Shown here: positions 49,400 through 58,796 of the stretch, piece after piece
Position numbering within the stretch: the first letter of the stretch is position 1
How the letters are laid out: every line of letters begins with the position of its first letter
Source: Fidelibacterota bacterium
GTDB taxonomy: Bacteria > Fidelibacterota > UBA8477 > JABMPR01
Direction: 5' to 3'
Assembly (NCBI GenBank): GCA_016844955.1
Contig: JAERTH010000031.1
Location: 16,087-80,086 of the forward strand
DNA: 64,000 nt
Made by a program: the position numbers and the translations under genes
Notes under the pieces: model-generated
What the model was told of the DNA's origin: nothing
Seen by the model: the letters and a program-made list of their open reading frames with translations, nothing else
Database searches by the model: none

Positions 49400-50476
49400 T
49401 TAATCGGCCAAGAGAATATCCAGAATTTTGCTGATCGGTTCTTCGGTTTCAGCATCCACCAGCGGAAAATCATTCTTCCAGTTCCAGTGTGCCCAGGCAA
49501 TTCCATTGTCATTAAATATAGCAATCATATCCTGATACCAGGCCTGGCGCATTTCCATGGAAGTCGTTGGATAAGCCCCGTATTCGCCACAATATAGGGG
49601 CAGCCCAAGTGCTTTGGCCCGCTTGACGGCGATCATTATTTCATCACGCAGGACTGATTTGTCGTAGACTTTTATGTAATTGCTAATTCCATTAACAGTC
49701 TGCTCATCATAGCCTGCCAGGTCAGTAGTATCCAGAATCATTCCAGGATACTGAACAGGTCCTTCATATTTGGAAAAGGAAACCCAGTGCGCCTTCCAGT
49801 GAGTTAGCGGCATGGGTGTGTAGATGTGGAAACTCAGAATAATGTTTTTGTCATTTTCAGGAACTTCCAAATCCGGGAAGGTCCAGGTTTGCTGCCAGTT
49901 GTTGGATCCCATAATGATGGTTCGTTCTGGTTCCAGTTTCCGAATTTCTGAGATTACCCAATTAATAAGGTTATTCCAGTCTTCAGGGTTGTCAGACACG
50001 GCTTCATTCATGGGTTCATAGGCCAGCATGTCATTGGGGTATGGGCTTAGTTTTGCTGACAGGTCCTTCCAGAACCCTATAAAATTGAGCTGTGCCGACT
50101 TTTCATCCCACAGGGTTCTACTGGAGGGATCATTGAAGTGGTGAGACCGCAACACATGGAGGTCAATCACAATTTTGAGATCATGCTTCAGGGCCCACTT
50201 GACAGCTTTATCCAGCAATTTAAAGGCCTTTTTATTTTGTTTCCCTTCCTCAGTCCAGAATTGCTCTTCATCAATGGGTAATCTTACATGATCAAATCCA
50301 AGCGCTTTGATTTGAATAAAGTCTTTTTCCGTGACGTATCGTTTACGCTCTTTTCCACGGATGTCAGTTTGGGATAACCAATGGCTGACATTCACACCGC
50401 GTTTAATGACAAAATCTCCGGCATACATTTGAGATCCAAATACAAAGATAAGAATTGTTGAAAATAATTTCTTCAA
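49400..50476 (-). CDS. glycoside hydrolase family 5 (endoglucanase/mannanase-type)
   Basis: GVNVSHW, NEP-type acid/base (YEPMNEAV) and nucleophile region (LYCGEYG). The probable TTG start gives a signal peptide KKLFSTILIFVFGSQMYA. The provided ORF extends to 50545 with no alternative ATG. Confidence 0.75.
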   Translation of the reverse strand: MKKLFSTILIFVFGSQMYAGDFVIKRGVNVSHWLSQTDIRGKERKRYVTEKDFIQIKALGFDHVRLPIDEEQFWTEEGKQNKKAFKLLDKAVKWALKHDLKIVIDLHVLRSHHFNDPSSRTLWDEKSAQLNFIGFWKDLSAKLSPYPNDMLAYEPMNEAVSDNPEDWNNLINWVISEIRKLEPERTIIMGSNNWQQTWTFPDLEVPENDKNIILSFHIYTPMPLTHWKAHWVSFSKYEGPVQYPGMILDTTDLAGYDEQTVNGISNYIKVYDKSVLRDEIMIAVKRAKALGLPLYCGEYGAYPTTSMEMRQAWYQDMIAIFNDNGIAWAHWNWKNDFPLVDAETEEPISKILDILLAD

Positions 50477-50557
50477 GATGTTCCCCTGTGGTTTAAGGTT
50501 AAAACAATTAGGTTTCAGTCCAGCTGTCCGGCTTAAGCATCCCAAAAATACAGCCTG

Positions 50558-51748
50558 TTAGAATCCAGGAATATCTGCCTTCTCCTGATGAAGCGGTATT
50601 CCATTATCATAGTCAATACGCTGTGGCTCGGATTTCATCAAGTCTGGGAATTGTTTATACAAGCTTGTGGCAAAGAGGAAATCCAGATGCTCATTGCTCT
50701 CAGGACTCCAACCCATGGTGCGCTCCCAGATCTCAGCTGACTCCATGCAGAAATAGATGAACAAATCTTCACTGCCATATTTGCGCAAGGCATCATACAC
50801 TGTGCGATACATATCCAAACGCAGGGGTTTAGGATAGCGCATTTTGCCATCCATTCCACGAATGAGTTCAGCAAACATGATTTTTGATTTGGGGAATTTC
50901 TCCAGCACCTTATCCTTCATCTCTGGCGGAAAACGTAACGAGCCAATAGAGATCCAGGCTACATTTTTTGGATTTACTACTTCAAACAGCTGTCGGATTA
51001 AGTCAGGATAGGTCTCTGCCCACTGTTCATGAAAAAGCAGGGGATCAAAATGAAATCCAATCTTATATCCCTTTTCCTGAACCAATCGCATAGCCTCCAG
51101 GCGCTCATTTAGGGAGGCCGCCTTATGCTCCTCCGCATCTATTATCACCTGGGGATTAACTGACCAGGAAATCACTGTATGGCCTTTATGATCCAGATTC
51201 AGGAGATTTTCGATACGATTCGATTTGGTTTTCAGCTCAAGCAGTACATTGTCCAAATCGGCAAAGTAGCTCACAATATCCCGGGAATACTGAGAGGAAG
51301 AATCAAAGGCGAGGCTGTCAGATAATTCACCCGTGCCAATACGAAAAAAACGATCTGGCTGGGTTGATATTTTATCTTTCACTTCAGTCAGTAATTTCTC
51401 TGAGTTGGCGTACACAGTGGTAACTGGATTGTTTAGATAAAACTGGAGAATGCAGTAGGTACAGTCAATGGGACAATTGCTGGTCTGGTTAATAACATGG
51501 TAATTGCAACAACGGTATGTCCTGTCAGTACCAGGGCATTGTTTCACAGTATGTCCCTGTTTCTCGGTGAGTAAAATATCACGCTTAGCAGGCGTTGCCT
51601 CCTGCCGGAACATGGCTTCTTTGTCAGCTTCGGTAAGTTCCAGTTGAATAACTTCAGCTTGAGGATTGTTCTCTTTATACCGGTCGACCAGCGGCTGATC
51701 CGCCACCTTCTGATCAACAATGATCCGTGTAATTTTTGGTTCTCGCAT
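50558..51748 (-). CDS. spore-photoproduct-lyase-family radical SAM protein (SplB-like DNA repair photolyase) with an N-terminal extension of about 70 aa
   Basis: CPIDCTYCILQ matches the SPL CxxxCxxC(Y)CYLQ cluster. About 330 aa of core follow. Confidence 0.7.
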   Translation of the reverse strand: MREPKITRIIVDQKVADQPLVDRYKENNPQAEVIQLELTEADKEAMFRQEATPAKRDILLTEKQGHTVKQCPGTDRTYRCCNYHVINQTSNCPIDCTYCILQFYLNNPVTTVYANSEKLLTEVKDKISTQPDRFFRIGTGELSDSLAFDSSSQYSRDIVSYFADLDNVLLELKTKSNRIENLLNLDHKGHTVISWSVNPQVIIDAEEHKAASLNERLEAMRLVQEKGYKIGFHFDPLLFHEQWAETYPDLIRQLFEVVNPKNVAWISIGSLRFPPEMKDKVLEKFPKSKIMFAELIRGMDGKMRYPKPLRLDMYRTVYDALRKYGSEDLFIYFCMESAEIWERTMGWSPESNEHLDFLFATSLYKQFPDLMKSEPQRIDYDNGIPLHQEKADIPGF

Positions 51749-51754
51749 GTCGCT

Positions 51755-52684
51755 CTATATATGTTTAAAGATGTTTTTGAATTTAAGTGAATCAAGTTTT
51801 TCCAGGGTTTGGCCAAGATCAGCTTCGTCTTTTGCATGGAAGGAAATCTGAACCCCTTGTTGCTCAAAATAGGGATCCCACTTCAGTTTGACATAATCAG
51901 GCAGCTCAGCAGAATCAATAGTTTCGAGCAGTCTTTCTCCTGCCTCACTTAGTGAGGGGAATCTGGCCATGTTAATCTTTTCCCGAATCTCCATCACTGC
52001 CAGACGGTTATCTTCGTAACTATTGTCAGCCATCTCCCAAAGACCCATCTCCTGGGCCTTGGTTTTGAAATCCAGATCATCGCGTTTGGCCATCTCCCAG
52101 ACATTCCCAATGATTTCAGCCGTCATATTGATGCCGATTCTCAAGTTGGCGATAAATTTCTCAACCCAGTCCAGGTTGTCCTCGGCTCGCTGAAAAATAT
52201 GGGCCCGCTTCAAGCTCAAATCCTTTTCAATGATAAATGACTGCAGGGATTCAGGGAGTTTCAAAAGAAAGAGTACCTGATCGATCAACTTCTCGCGTGG
52301 AGCCAGATGTACGGCTGGATAAATGTCTTCAGCCAATATTTTCCGAGGGACACCAATATCTAGAGCAGCTTTGGTAAACAGCGCTTTATCCATGAGATTC
52401 ATGGGGGAGTAGTATTCAACGATCACTTGCAGCAATTCCTGGGTGCTCTCAGACTCCTGGATCAAGTAGACTGGGACTGTAGATTGCCCGGCATCCTGAG
52501 CTGCTACAAAACGGTGAATATCCCCTACGATTTTGATGCAGGAAGGGGTCTGATACGCCAGGATTGGTCGGGACAGAGCAGACTCCATTTGTTCATGGCG
52601 TAGATAAGGTAATGGATTAAAGCTCGAATGTATGGTTGGGCCGACAGTGGTCAGCTCTTTAACTGTGATCTTCATACTCACCAA
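51755..52684 (-). CDS. hypothetical protein, possibly with a ParB/sulfiredoxin-like N-terminal fold
   Basis: The segment ILAYQTPSCIKIVGDIHRFVAAQDAGQSTVPVYLI weakly resembles the ParB-N core but lacks the GxRR arginine pair. The ParB/Srx assignment is tentative. 6-nt gap to the SPL-like gene. Confidence 0.35.
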   Translation of the reverse strand: MVSMKITVKELTTVGPTIHSSFNPLPYLRHEQMESALSRPILAYQTPSCIKIVGDIHRFVAAQDAGQSTVPVYLIQESESTQELLQVIVEYYSPMNLMDKALFTKAALDIGVPRKILAEDIYPAVHLAPREKLIDQVLFLLKLPESLQSFIIEKDLSLKRAHIFQRAEDNLDWVEKFIANLRIGINMTAEIIGNVWEMAKRDDLDFKTKAQEMGLWEMADNSYEDNRLAVMEIREKINMARFPSLSEAGERLLETIDSAELPDYVKLKWDPYFEQQGVQISFHAKDEADLGQTLEKLDSLKFKNIFKHI

Positions 52685-52852
52685 TATGTCTTGAATTCAA
52701 AGAATTCAAACAGGTTTAAGAAAAAGAAAAAAGAAGGATTCGTCAAAGAGGGTGGTGTTGACGGAAAGTGACAGGAGAGACCTATGGAATACGCACAACA
52801 ATATAAACGTCCACATGGCTAGGCTTGAATCGATAATTGTTGGCCCTCATCC

Positions 52853-53340
52853 TGACGAGGTCAAGAACCAGCATCAATTGAAATTGAATAATTCGTCTAA
52901 TTCGTTCTATTCGTTGTTAACAGGTACATTGAAACTTGAAACTTGAAACTTGAAATCTGGATCCCCACTTAACGACCTTAACCCGTCTTTGCGAGGAGGG
53001 ACGACGCGGCAATCTCTCTTTTGGTTTTAGACACGAATTACACCCATGCAGCCAATGAACACGAATTGAGTTTTTCTATATGTTTCGTGCAATTAGTGTC
53101 TAGATAATTTGAAGTCTGGATATAGATCCTTCGACAAACTCCATGATGACGAGGTCGAGAACCAGCATTAATTGAAATTGAATAATTCGTCTAATTCGTT
53201 CTATTCGTTGTTAATAGGTAAATTGAAACCGGAAACTTGAAATTTGAAATCTAGATTCCCACTTAATGACCTTAACCCGTCTTTGCGAGGAGGGACGACG
53301 CGGCAATCTCTCTTTTGGTTTCAGACACGAATTACACCAA
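52853..53340. repeat. tandem duplication (period 294 bp, 2 copies) of a type-2 repeat unit containing ATTCGT-rich arms, a (GAAACTT)3-4 heptad run and the perfectly conserved 42-nt core CCCGTCTTTGCGAGGAGGGACGACGCGGCAATCTCTCTTTTG
   Basis: Read directly. TGACGAGGTC... occurs at 52853 and 53147. The core occurs at 52982 and 53276 and also at 17990. Each unit is preceded by a type-1 R-arm-like segment (gatccttcg...gatgacgag). Confidence 0.8.
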
Positions 53341-53445
53341 AGAATCGAATACACACGAAACGAATAATACTTTGCAAAACGCTTATCCTTCACCTGAGTA
53401 TATCCTGAACCCAGGTGAAGTGCTCTCAATGAGGGGTGGAGCGAG

Positions 53446-55095
53446 CTATTTCAAATAGGTCATTTTCTGGTTACGAACCTGGGAGCCTGCTGTCATTCTA
53501 CAGGTATATATCCCCGCTTCACAGAGAGTCCCTTTATTGTTCAGTCCATTCCACATGATGGAATGGTTACCTGCTGGTAGATATTCCCGGACCAGGGTTC
53601 TCACCTCATTGCCTTTAATATCGAAAATCTGCAGATTGACTTGCTCAGATTTAGGTAGTGCAAAGTCGATTCGTGTAGATGGATTGAAAGGGTTTGGTGT
53701 GTTGGGGAAGAGTGAATAAGTATCTGGAAGACTCTGGCTTTCATTCAGGCTTACAGAGGTAGAGTCTTGACAGAGTAATTCATAATCCAGAGAAACATCG
53801 CTGGTCTGAATTTGAGCCACAGGAATTTTTGAGATGCCCAATATGCTGGTACTGGAAACGCCATAGACTGTCTCTATTGACGAGCTGGCTGATCTCATAC
53901 CGAGAACCGTGGATTCCCCACCGCATTCGCTGTTAATATCCGGGTCCATTCCTATGAATAGCATGTCGGTAAACTCTGCATTGACATTTGCATTCCAACC
54001 AGTAACTAAAAAGCTACCATTCTCATATTCTATTGCTGAAGTCAAGTAGCCACGGTCAGGACCTCTGTAGATTTTTGCCCATACTTGCTCACCATTCGGG
54101 TCCAGCAACAGCATGGTGGGCTCATTATTCACGGTTTGGGATTCAGCGGAGCGTCCAGTGACCAAAATTTGATTCTGAGAGGTCAGCTGAATTGATCGTG
54201 GTACGTCATCAAGATTACCACCAAAAACATTTGACCAGACCAAATCACCATTGGGATCAAGCTTGGATATATACCAATCAAGTGCTCCCAGACCATAACT
54301 GTTGGAGTAGCCAGCAATATAGATATTTCCCAAAACATCCAGGAAAAGTGCCTGAGGCGCAGTGACATACTCATCTCCTGATCCACCCATGGATTTTTGC
54401 CAAACAAAATCACCGTTTCCATCGAGTTTGACTATGTAAAGATTTGAGCTTGTGCTGAAACTATTGGAGTAGCCCAATATGACAATATCACCGTTAGCAT
54501 CTTCCTTGATGCTATAGGCTATCTCAAATCCGCCACCACCAATTACCCGACTCCACATGATGTGTCCCATCTTATCTAGTTTGAGTACGAGAATCTCACT
54601 ACTACCCAGGGTTCCATTATAGGTACCACCTGTGATAAGATACCCTCCATCAGCAGTAGGTGAACAGTCCTCGAAAAGGTCATCACCAGGACCTCCATAG
54701 GTGGTGTATGAGAGGAGGGTACCTTGTCCATCAATGGTGGCAAAATAGTAGTCGCGATATCCCGCCCCAAAGCTTTCGGTTCTCCCTGCAAAGCTATAAC
54801 CCTCGTCTGTGACGTGGATAATCCTGGCATTATCAGCATAATCTCCACCATAAGACCTGGCCCAGAGCGGTGAACCCAAGGAATCAGTCATCACTATCAG
54901 ACCATCTTCGCTGCTGGAATTTGTTCCAGATTTAAATCCGGCATGGATGAATGAATCCCCAGTGTGGGTTGTATAATACAGTGTTTCATTGTAGGAATTT
55001 CCTAATAAAGCCTGAAATGGAGCCTGGCTATGAATATGGAGAGGTGTGCTAAGAACAAGTGCAATTTGACAAAGAATTATTGTCATTCGAGACAT
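53446..55095 (-). CDS. secreted SBBP (beta-propeller) repeat protein with T9SS C-terminal sorting domain
   Basis: Start at MSRMTIILCQIALVL (signal). At least six repeats of the form YGG.G.D......T.DGGY...G.T.S.G. C-terminal NTPNPFNPSTRIDF...AGIYTCRM. Confidence 0.7.
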   Translation of the reverse strand: MSRMTIILCQIALVLSTPLHIHSQAPFQALLGNSYNETLYYTTHTGDSFIHAGFKSGTNSSSEDGLIVMTDSLGSPLWARSYGGDYADNARIIHVTDEGYSFAGRTESFGAGYRDYYFATIDGQGTLLSYTTYGGPGDDLFEDCSPTADGGYLITGGTYNGTLGSSEILVLKLDKMGHIMWSRVIGGGGFEIAYSIKEDANGDIVILGYSNSFSTSSNLYIVKLDGNGDFVWQKSMGGSGDEYVTAPQALFLDVLGNIYIAGYSNSYGLGALDWYISKLDPNGDLVWSNVFGGNLDDVPRSIQLTSQNQILVTGRSAESQTVNNEPTMLLLDPNGEQVWAKIYRGPDRGYLTSAIEYENGSFLVTGWNANVNAEFTDMLFIGMDPDINSECGGESTVLGMRSASSSIETVYGVSSTSILGISKIPVAQIQTSDVSLDYELLCQDSTSVSLNESQSLPDTYSLFPNTPNPFNPSTRIDFALPKSEQVNLQIFDIKGNEVRTLVREYLPAGNHSIMWNGLNNKGTLCEAGIYTCRMTAGSQVRNQKMTYLK

Positions 55096-55208
55096 GGAAT
55101 TTCCCCCTTTGGGCTTGTATTTACAGTGAAAACTAAACAACAATTATCTTTTAACAGGAAGTATTTATTCAGAAAATGTTAGAAATACAGAAAAAAATAA
55201 ATTCTGTT

Positions 55209-55508
55209 TTACTCCATTTTATTTCTACGCGCCAGGGAAAGCCCCCCAAAACCACTGATTACGGCCATATAAAACCCAAAATCATACCACCACCCAGTAT
55301 TATTAGGATCATAAACCCGTGTGCTGTCATTGAAAAATCCTACAATGAGGGAGAGTGGTGCGATCCAACCATGCCAGACTCCACCAAAGAATCCAGCTGG
55401 GGATTTCCCGGCATTTTCTACCGGATTTGGCATACATGCTGTAAATGCCATTACTACCAGAAGTGTCAGGATGACACTAAATATGGATTTGTACCGTTTC
55501 ATAAACAA
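55209..55508 (-). CDS. small hypothetical membrane/lipoprotein
   Basis: 99 aa with signal/lipobox (AFTAC) and one further hydrophobic helix. Confidence 0.35.
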   Translation of the reverse strand: MFMKRYKSIFSVILTLLVVMAFTACMPNPVENAGKSPAGFFGGVWHGWIAPLSLIVGFFNDSTRVYDPNNTGWWYDFGFYMAVISGFGGLSLARRNKME

Positions 55509-55514
55509 CTCTCC

Positions 55515-56009
55515 TTATAAGGTTTCAAACAGGCCTTTGGATTTATTCTTGCGCACATTGTCATGGTTGAAGTATTGTCCGTTCATAGCAATATAGACAC
55601 CATGGGGCAGGGTCTGAACATAGGCCAGCGCGGCACCCATGTTAAAAAGCCCATCAGAACTTCCAAAAACAATAGGAATCATAGCACCTGTTAACACGAT
55701 GGTCTTATCCTTGATGTTGTCAGCCAGAAATGTGGCGGTTTCCACCATGGTATCGGTTCCATGAGTAATGACGATTCTATCTGAAGTGCTTTTCTGGCAG
55801 TGGGTGAGGACAATCTCCCGATCCTGTTCAGACATTTCCAGGCTATCAATCATCATCAGGCTGCGGATATTCACATTCAGCTGTGAGCGTCCCTGTTCCA
55901 GCATTTGTTTGAGATGCGTGTCCCTGAAATACAGATCGCCATTAAGCTCATTGTATTCCTTGTCAAAGGTGCCCCCAGTGATAAATATCTGGATTTGCAT
56001 GTTTGCCAA
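55515..56009 (-). CDS. asparaginase N-terminal-domain-only protein (half-size asparaginase homologue)
   Basis: ITGGTFD (TGGT Thr-nucleophile block) and ITHGTDTM (second catalytic Thr block). Only 164 aa, with no C-terminal domain. Confidence 0.55.
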   Translation of the reverse strand: MANMQIQIFITGGTFDKEYNELNGDLYFRDTHLKQMLEQGRSQLNVNIRSLMMIDSLEMSEQDREIVLTHCQKSTSDRIVITHGTDTMVETATFLADNIKDKTIVLTGAMIPIVFGSSDGLFNMGAALAYVQTLPHGVYIAMNGQYFNHDNVRKNKSKGLFETL

Positions 56010-56162
56010 ACTCCTGTCCTCTGCCCTATGGTGACAGATATTTACTCATTAACACTTAATGCATAGAAACTACGCTTTGCTTTGTCTTCACCGAACAAAA
56101 AAAGTGCAGGAAAGACTGTGAAAAAAGATTAGAATTAGGATCGTTCGAACAAAGGAGCTTCC

Positions 56163-57047
56163 ATGCTTGAAAAAACAGGTCGCCGCTGGTTACGGGTCAT
56201 CCATATCCTCTTTATCGCATCTCTCATGGGCGGGTTAGTATCAATTCTGGCCATGAACCATATACCTTCTCCTTCTGGTGCTAAACTATTCATTGCCAAT
56301 TATTCTATTTACAGATTGTTTAACATTGTGGTAACCTGGTCCTTTTATGGAGTTCTAGCCACAGGTCTGGTCTACTCCACGTTCACCCATTGGGGATTAA
56401 CAAGACACTGGTGGATCATTGGGAAATGGGTGGGAACCGTGAGTCTTTTTGTGCTGGTTTGGGTCTGGCTGGGACCTGCAATCAATGGTATGGTTGCGCT
56501 TTCAGATATTGGCTTGAACAACCCAGAAAATAACCATGCGTATCGCGCATATAAGTCCTCAGTATCTCCAGTGATCTGGGTGCTGCTTGTCATTATAGCT
56601 GTTCTTGTGACCATCACAATTTTCAGACCCTGGGGACAGCGTAAGCAATCCTATGAATTTCGTCGTAACACTATCCTGGCTTTAACCGGGTTTGGGGTCG
56701 TTCTGGGGGTGGGGCTTGGAATCATGGGCTATTTTGATCTTGAATCTTATCGGAATATGAAAATTTCCACTCCAGATCTTAGTCGAATAGCAGATGGCAG
56801 CTATGAAGGATCCGCTGAATACGCTGGTTTTGAGTATGTGGTGAATGTTGATGTAACAGAACATAAAATTAACCGGGTACACATTCTCGAAAATCGAGAC
56901 AGCCCCTATGCAAAATTTGCTGAGGGAATAATTGAGCGGGTTGTGAAGCAGCAATCACCTGACGTGGATGGAATTACAGGTGCCACTACTACCAGTAAAT
57001 GTCTGATGAAAGCGATTGAAGCAGCCCTGGAAGGAGCTACACTATGA
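56163..57047 (+). CDS. membrane protein with C-terminal FMN-binding domain
   Basis: Five or six predicted TMS. C-terminal GITGATTTSKCLMKAIEAAL, the FMN_bind signature (covalent-FMN Thr motif). Confidence 0.6.
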   Translation: MLEKTGRRWLRVIHILFIASLMGGLVSILAMNHIPSPSGAKLFIANYSIYRLFNIVVTWSFYGVLATGLVYSTFTHWGLTRHWWIIGKWVGTVSLFVLVWVWLGPAINGMVALSDIGLNNPENNHAYRAYKSSVSPVIWVLLVIIAVLVTITIFRPWGQRKQSYEFRRNTILALTGFGVVLGVGLGIMGYFDLESYRNMKISTPDLSRIADGSYEGSAEYAGFEYVVNVDVTEHKINRVHILENRDSPYAKFAEGIIERVVKQQSPDVDGITGATTTSKCLMKAIEAALEGATL

Positions 57048-57754
57048 ACGTAGATAAAAGAGTTATCCGAAAATTTGAAAAAAAGACCTGGAGTGAGGTC
57101 AAGTCTAAGAATTCCTGGCAGGTATTCCGCATCATGGCTGAATTCGTAGAGGGCTTTGATGTACTCACTGCCATTGGTCCCTCCGTGACCATCTATGGGT
57201 CTGCCCGAACAACTCCTGATAATCCCCATTACCAAATCGCATACGAATTGGGAAAGCTTCTAGCCCAAGAGGGCTTGAGTGTTATCACAGGGGGTGGTCC
57301 CGGCATTATGGAGGCCGCCAACAAGGGCGCTAAAGAGGTGGGAGGCGCTTCCGCAGGTATTGGTATAGAATTGCCCTTTGAAGCCTCTAACAACGCTTAT
57401 ATCGATTCCGATAAAAACATCACTTTTCGCTACTTTTTTGTGCGCAAGCTCATGTTCTTGAAATATTCCCAAGCTTTCGTGGCTTTTCCAGGTGGTCTTG
57501 GGACTCTGGATGAGCTTTTTGAATCTCTGACCCTGTCGCAGACCGGAAAAACACCAAAATTTCCCATTATCCTCGTGGGCCGTGATTATTGGACTGGTAT
57601 GGTTGAATGGCTGAAGGACAAAGCTGTTGCCGAAGGGGCTATCAATGCGGATGACCTTGAGCTTTTCAGGGTCGTCGATACGGCTGAGGAGACCCGTGAC
57701 GCCATTACTGGTTTCTTTGCTAAATACCGCAAAGAGATGGTACCGAACTTTTAG
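57044..57754 (+). CDS. LOG-family protein (TIGR00730; nucleotide 5'-monophosphate phosphoribohydrolase-like)
   Basis: GGGPGIMEAANKGA and AFPGGLGTLDELFE motifs. ATGA overlap with the upstream gene. Confidence 0.85.
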   Translation: MNVDKRVIRKFEKKTWSEVKSKNSWQVFRIMAEFVEGFDVLTAIGPSVTIYGSARTTPDNPHYQIAYELGKLLAQEGLSVITGGGPGIMEAANKGAKEVGGASAGIGIELPFEASNNAYIDSDKNITFRYFFVRKLMFLKYSQAFVAFPGGLGTLDELFESLTLSQTGKTPKFPIILVGRDYWTGMVEWLKDKAVAEGAINADDLELFRVVDTAEETRDAITGFFAKYRKEMVPNF

Positions 57755-57916
57755 TATTACCATCATTTCATTGTGTGTGCTAGCGAGGGCAACGGATTTC
57801 AGTCCATCCGACCCTCATCTGCAATCAATTCTGATATTGTTATGGAATAAAGTTCAGTGAGAGATCTTTTCTTTCGCCACCCTGGACACTTCGACCTCTT
57901 TCAGTACAGGCTCTGT

Positions 57917-57991
57917 GAAGGATCTTGATCCCTAATTGAAAACTCTTGAGTGCACCCAAGGATCAAGATTCTTCACGTTGCTCAGAATGAT
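57917..57991. repeat. type-1 repeat copy (GAAGGATCTTGATCC ... GGATCAAGATTCTTCACGTTGCTCAGAATGAT) between convergent genes
   Basis: Arms match the 14149 family. The outer left arm is degenerate. Confidence 0.7.
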
Positions 57992-58058
57992 GCGAGAGGA
58001 TAAGCGTGTGAACGTGCAAAAGCCCTTTGCGATCTCAGAGCCGTTTGCAATTAATATA

Positions 58059-58796
58059 TCAGCTGAGTTTCTGTTTCAATTTGGCAACATAGCGTCGGCT
58101 CATGACGTAGGGTTCTTCAATTCCCTTCATGTAGACCCGGTATGAATTGTTAAACCACTCTTCCAATCGATCAACACATTCCATATTCACGATGGTTGTA
58201 CGGTGTATGCGGTTGAAATAAGCTTCGGGTAGCCGTGTTTCCCACTCGGCCATGGATTTGTGTACCAAGACCTTCTTTCGGTTGGTGCAAAGCACTTCGG
58301 AGTAATCTCCTGCTGATGTGATACAGACAATCGTGCTGATTTTTAAGAAACCAAGGCTGGTATCCAGCTTTAACAGCAACCGATCATGATACTCCAACTG
58401 ACGCAGATCATCCTGATTTTCCTCAGGTATTTGTTCCAGCCGTTCCAGGGAGTGCTGAAGTCGTTCAGCATTCACTGGTTTGAGGAGATAATCCAGAGCA
58501 TTCACCTCAAAAGCACGCAGGGCATATTCATCAAAGGCTGTGACAAAAATTACCCGAATATCGGAGCTGATATGCTCCAACACATCAAAACCATTGATAC
58601 CCGGCATCTGGATATCCAGAAAAACCAGATCAGGGGTAACCTCCTTGATCAAATCAAGCGCTTCCAGACCATTGGCGGCCTCACCAACTATACTGACATT
58701 TTCATGATTTTTTAAAAGTAAGCGCAGATCATTTCTGGCCAGACGCTCGTCGTCAACGAGTATTGCTCTGATTTCTTTACTCATGATTACCCTCAA
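58059..58796 (-). CDS. LytTR-family two-component response regulator
   Basis: REC domain (ILVDDERLARNDL..., LDIQMPGINGFDV) and a C-terminal LytTR DNA-binding domain (...NRIHRTTIVNM...). Confidence 0.85.
   Translation of the reverse strand: MRVIMSKEIRAILVDDERLARNDLRLLLKNHENVSIVGEAANGLEALDLIKEVTPDLVFLDIQMPGINGFDVLEHISSDIRVIFVTAFDEYALRAFEVNALDYLLKPVNAERLQHSLERLEQIPEENQDDLRQLEYHDRLLLKLDTSLGFLKISTIVCITSAGDYSEVLCTNRKKVLVHKSMAEWETRLPEAYFNRIHRTTIVNMECVDRLEEWFNNSYRVYMKGIEEPYVMSRRYVAKLKQKLS

Noticed and set aside
52853-53340. Possible CRISPR array (direct repeats with spacers)
   Set aside because: There are only two copies. The units are 190-290 bp, not 25-50 bp, and are not separated by unique spacers of regular size. 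There are no cas genes in the window.
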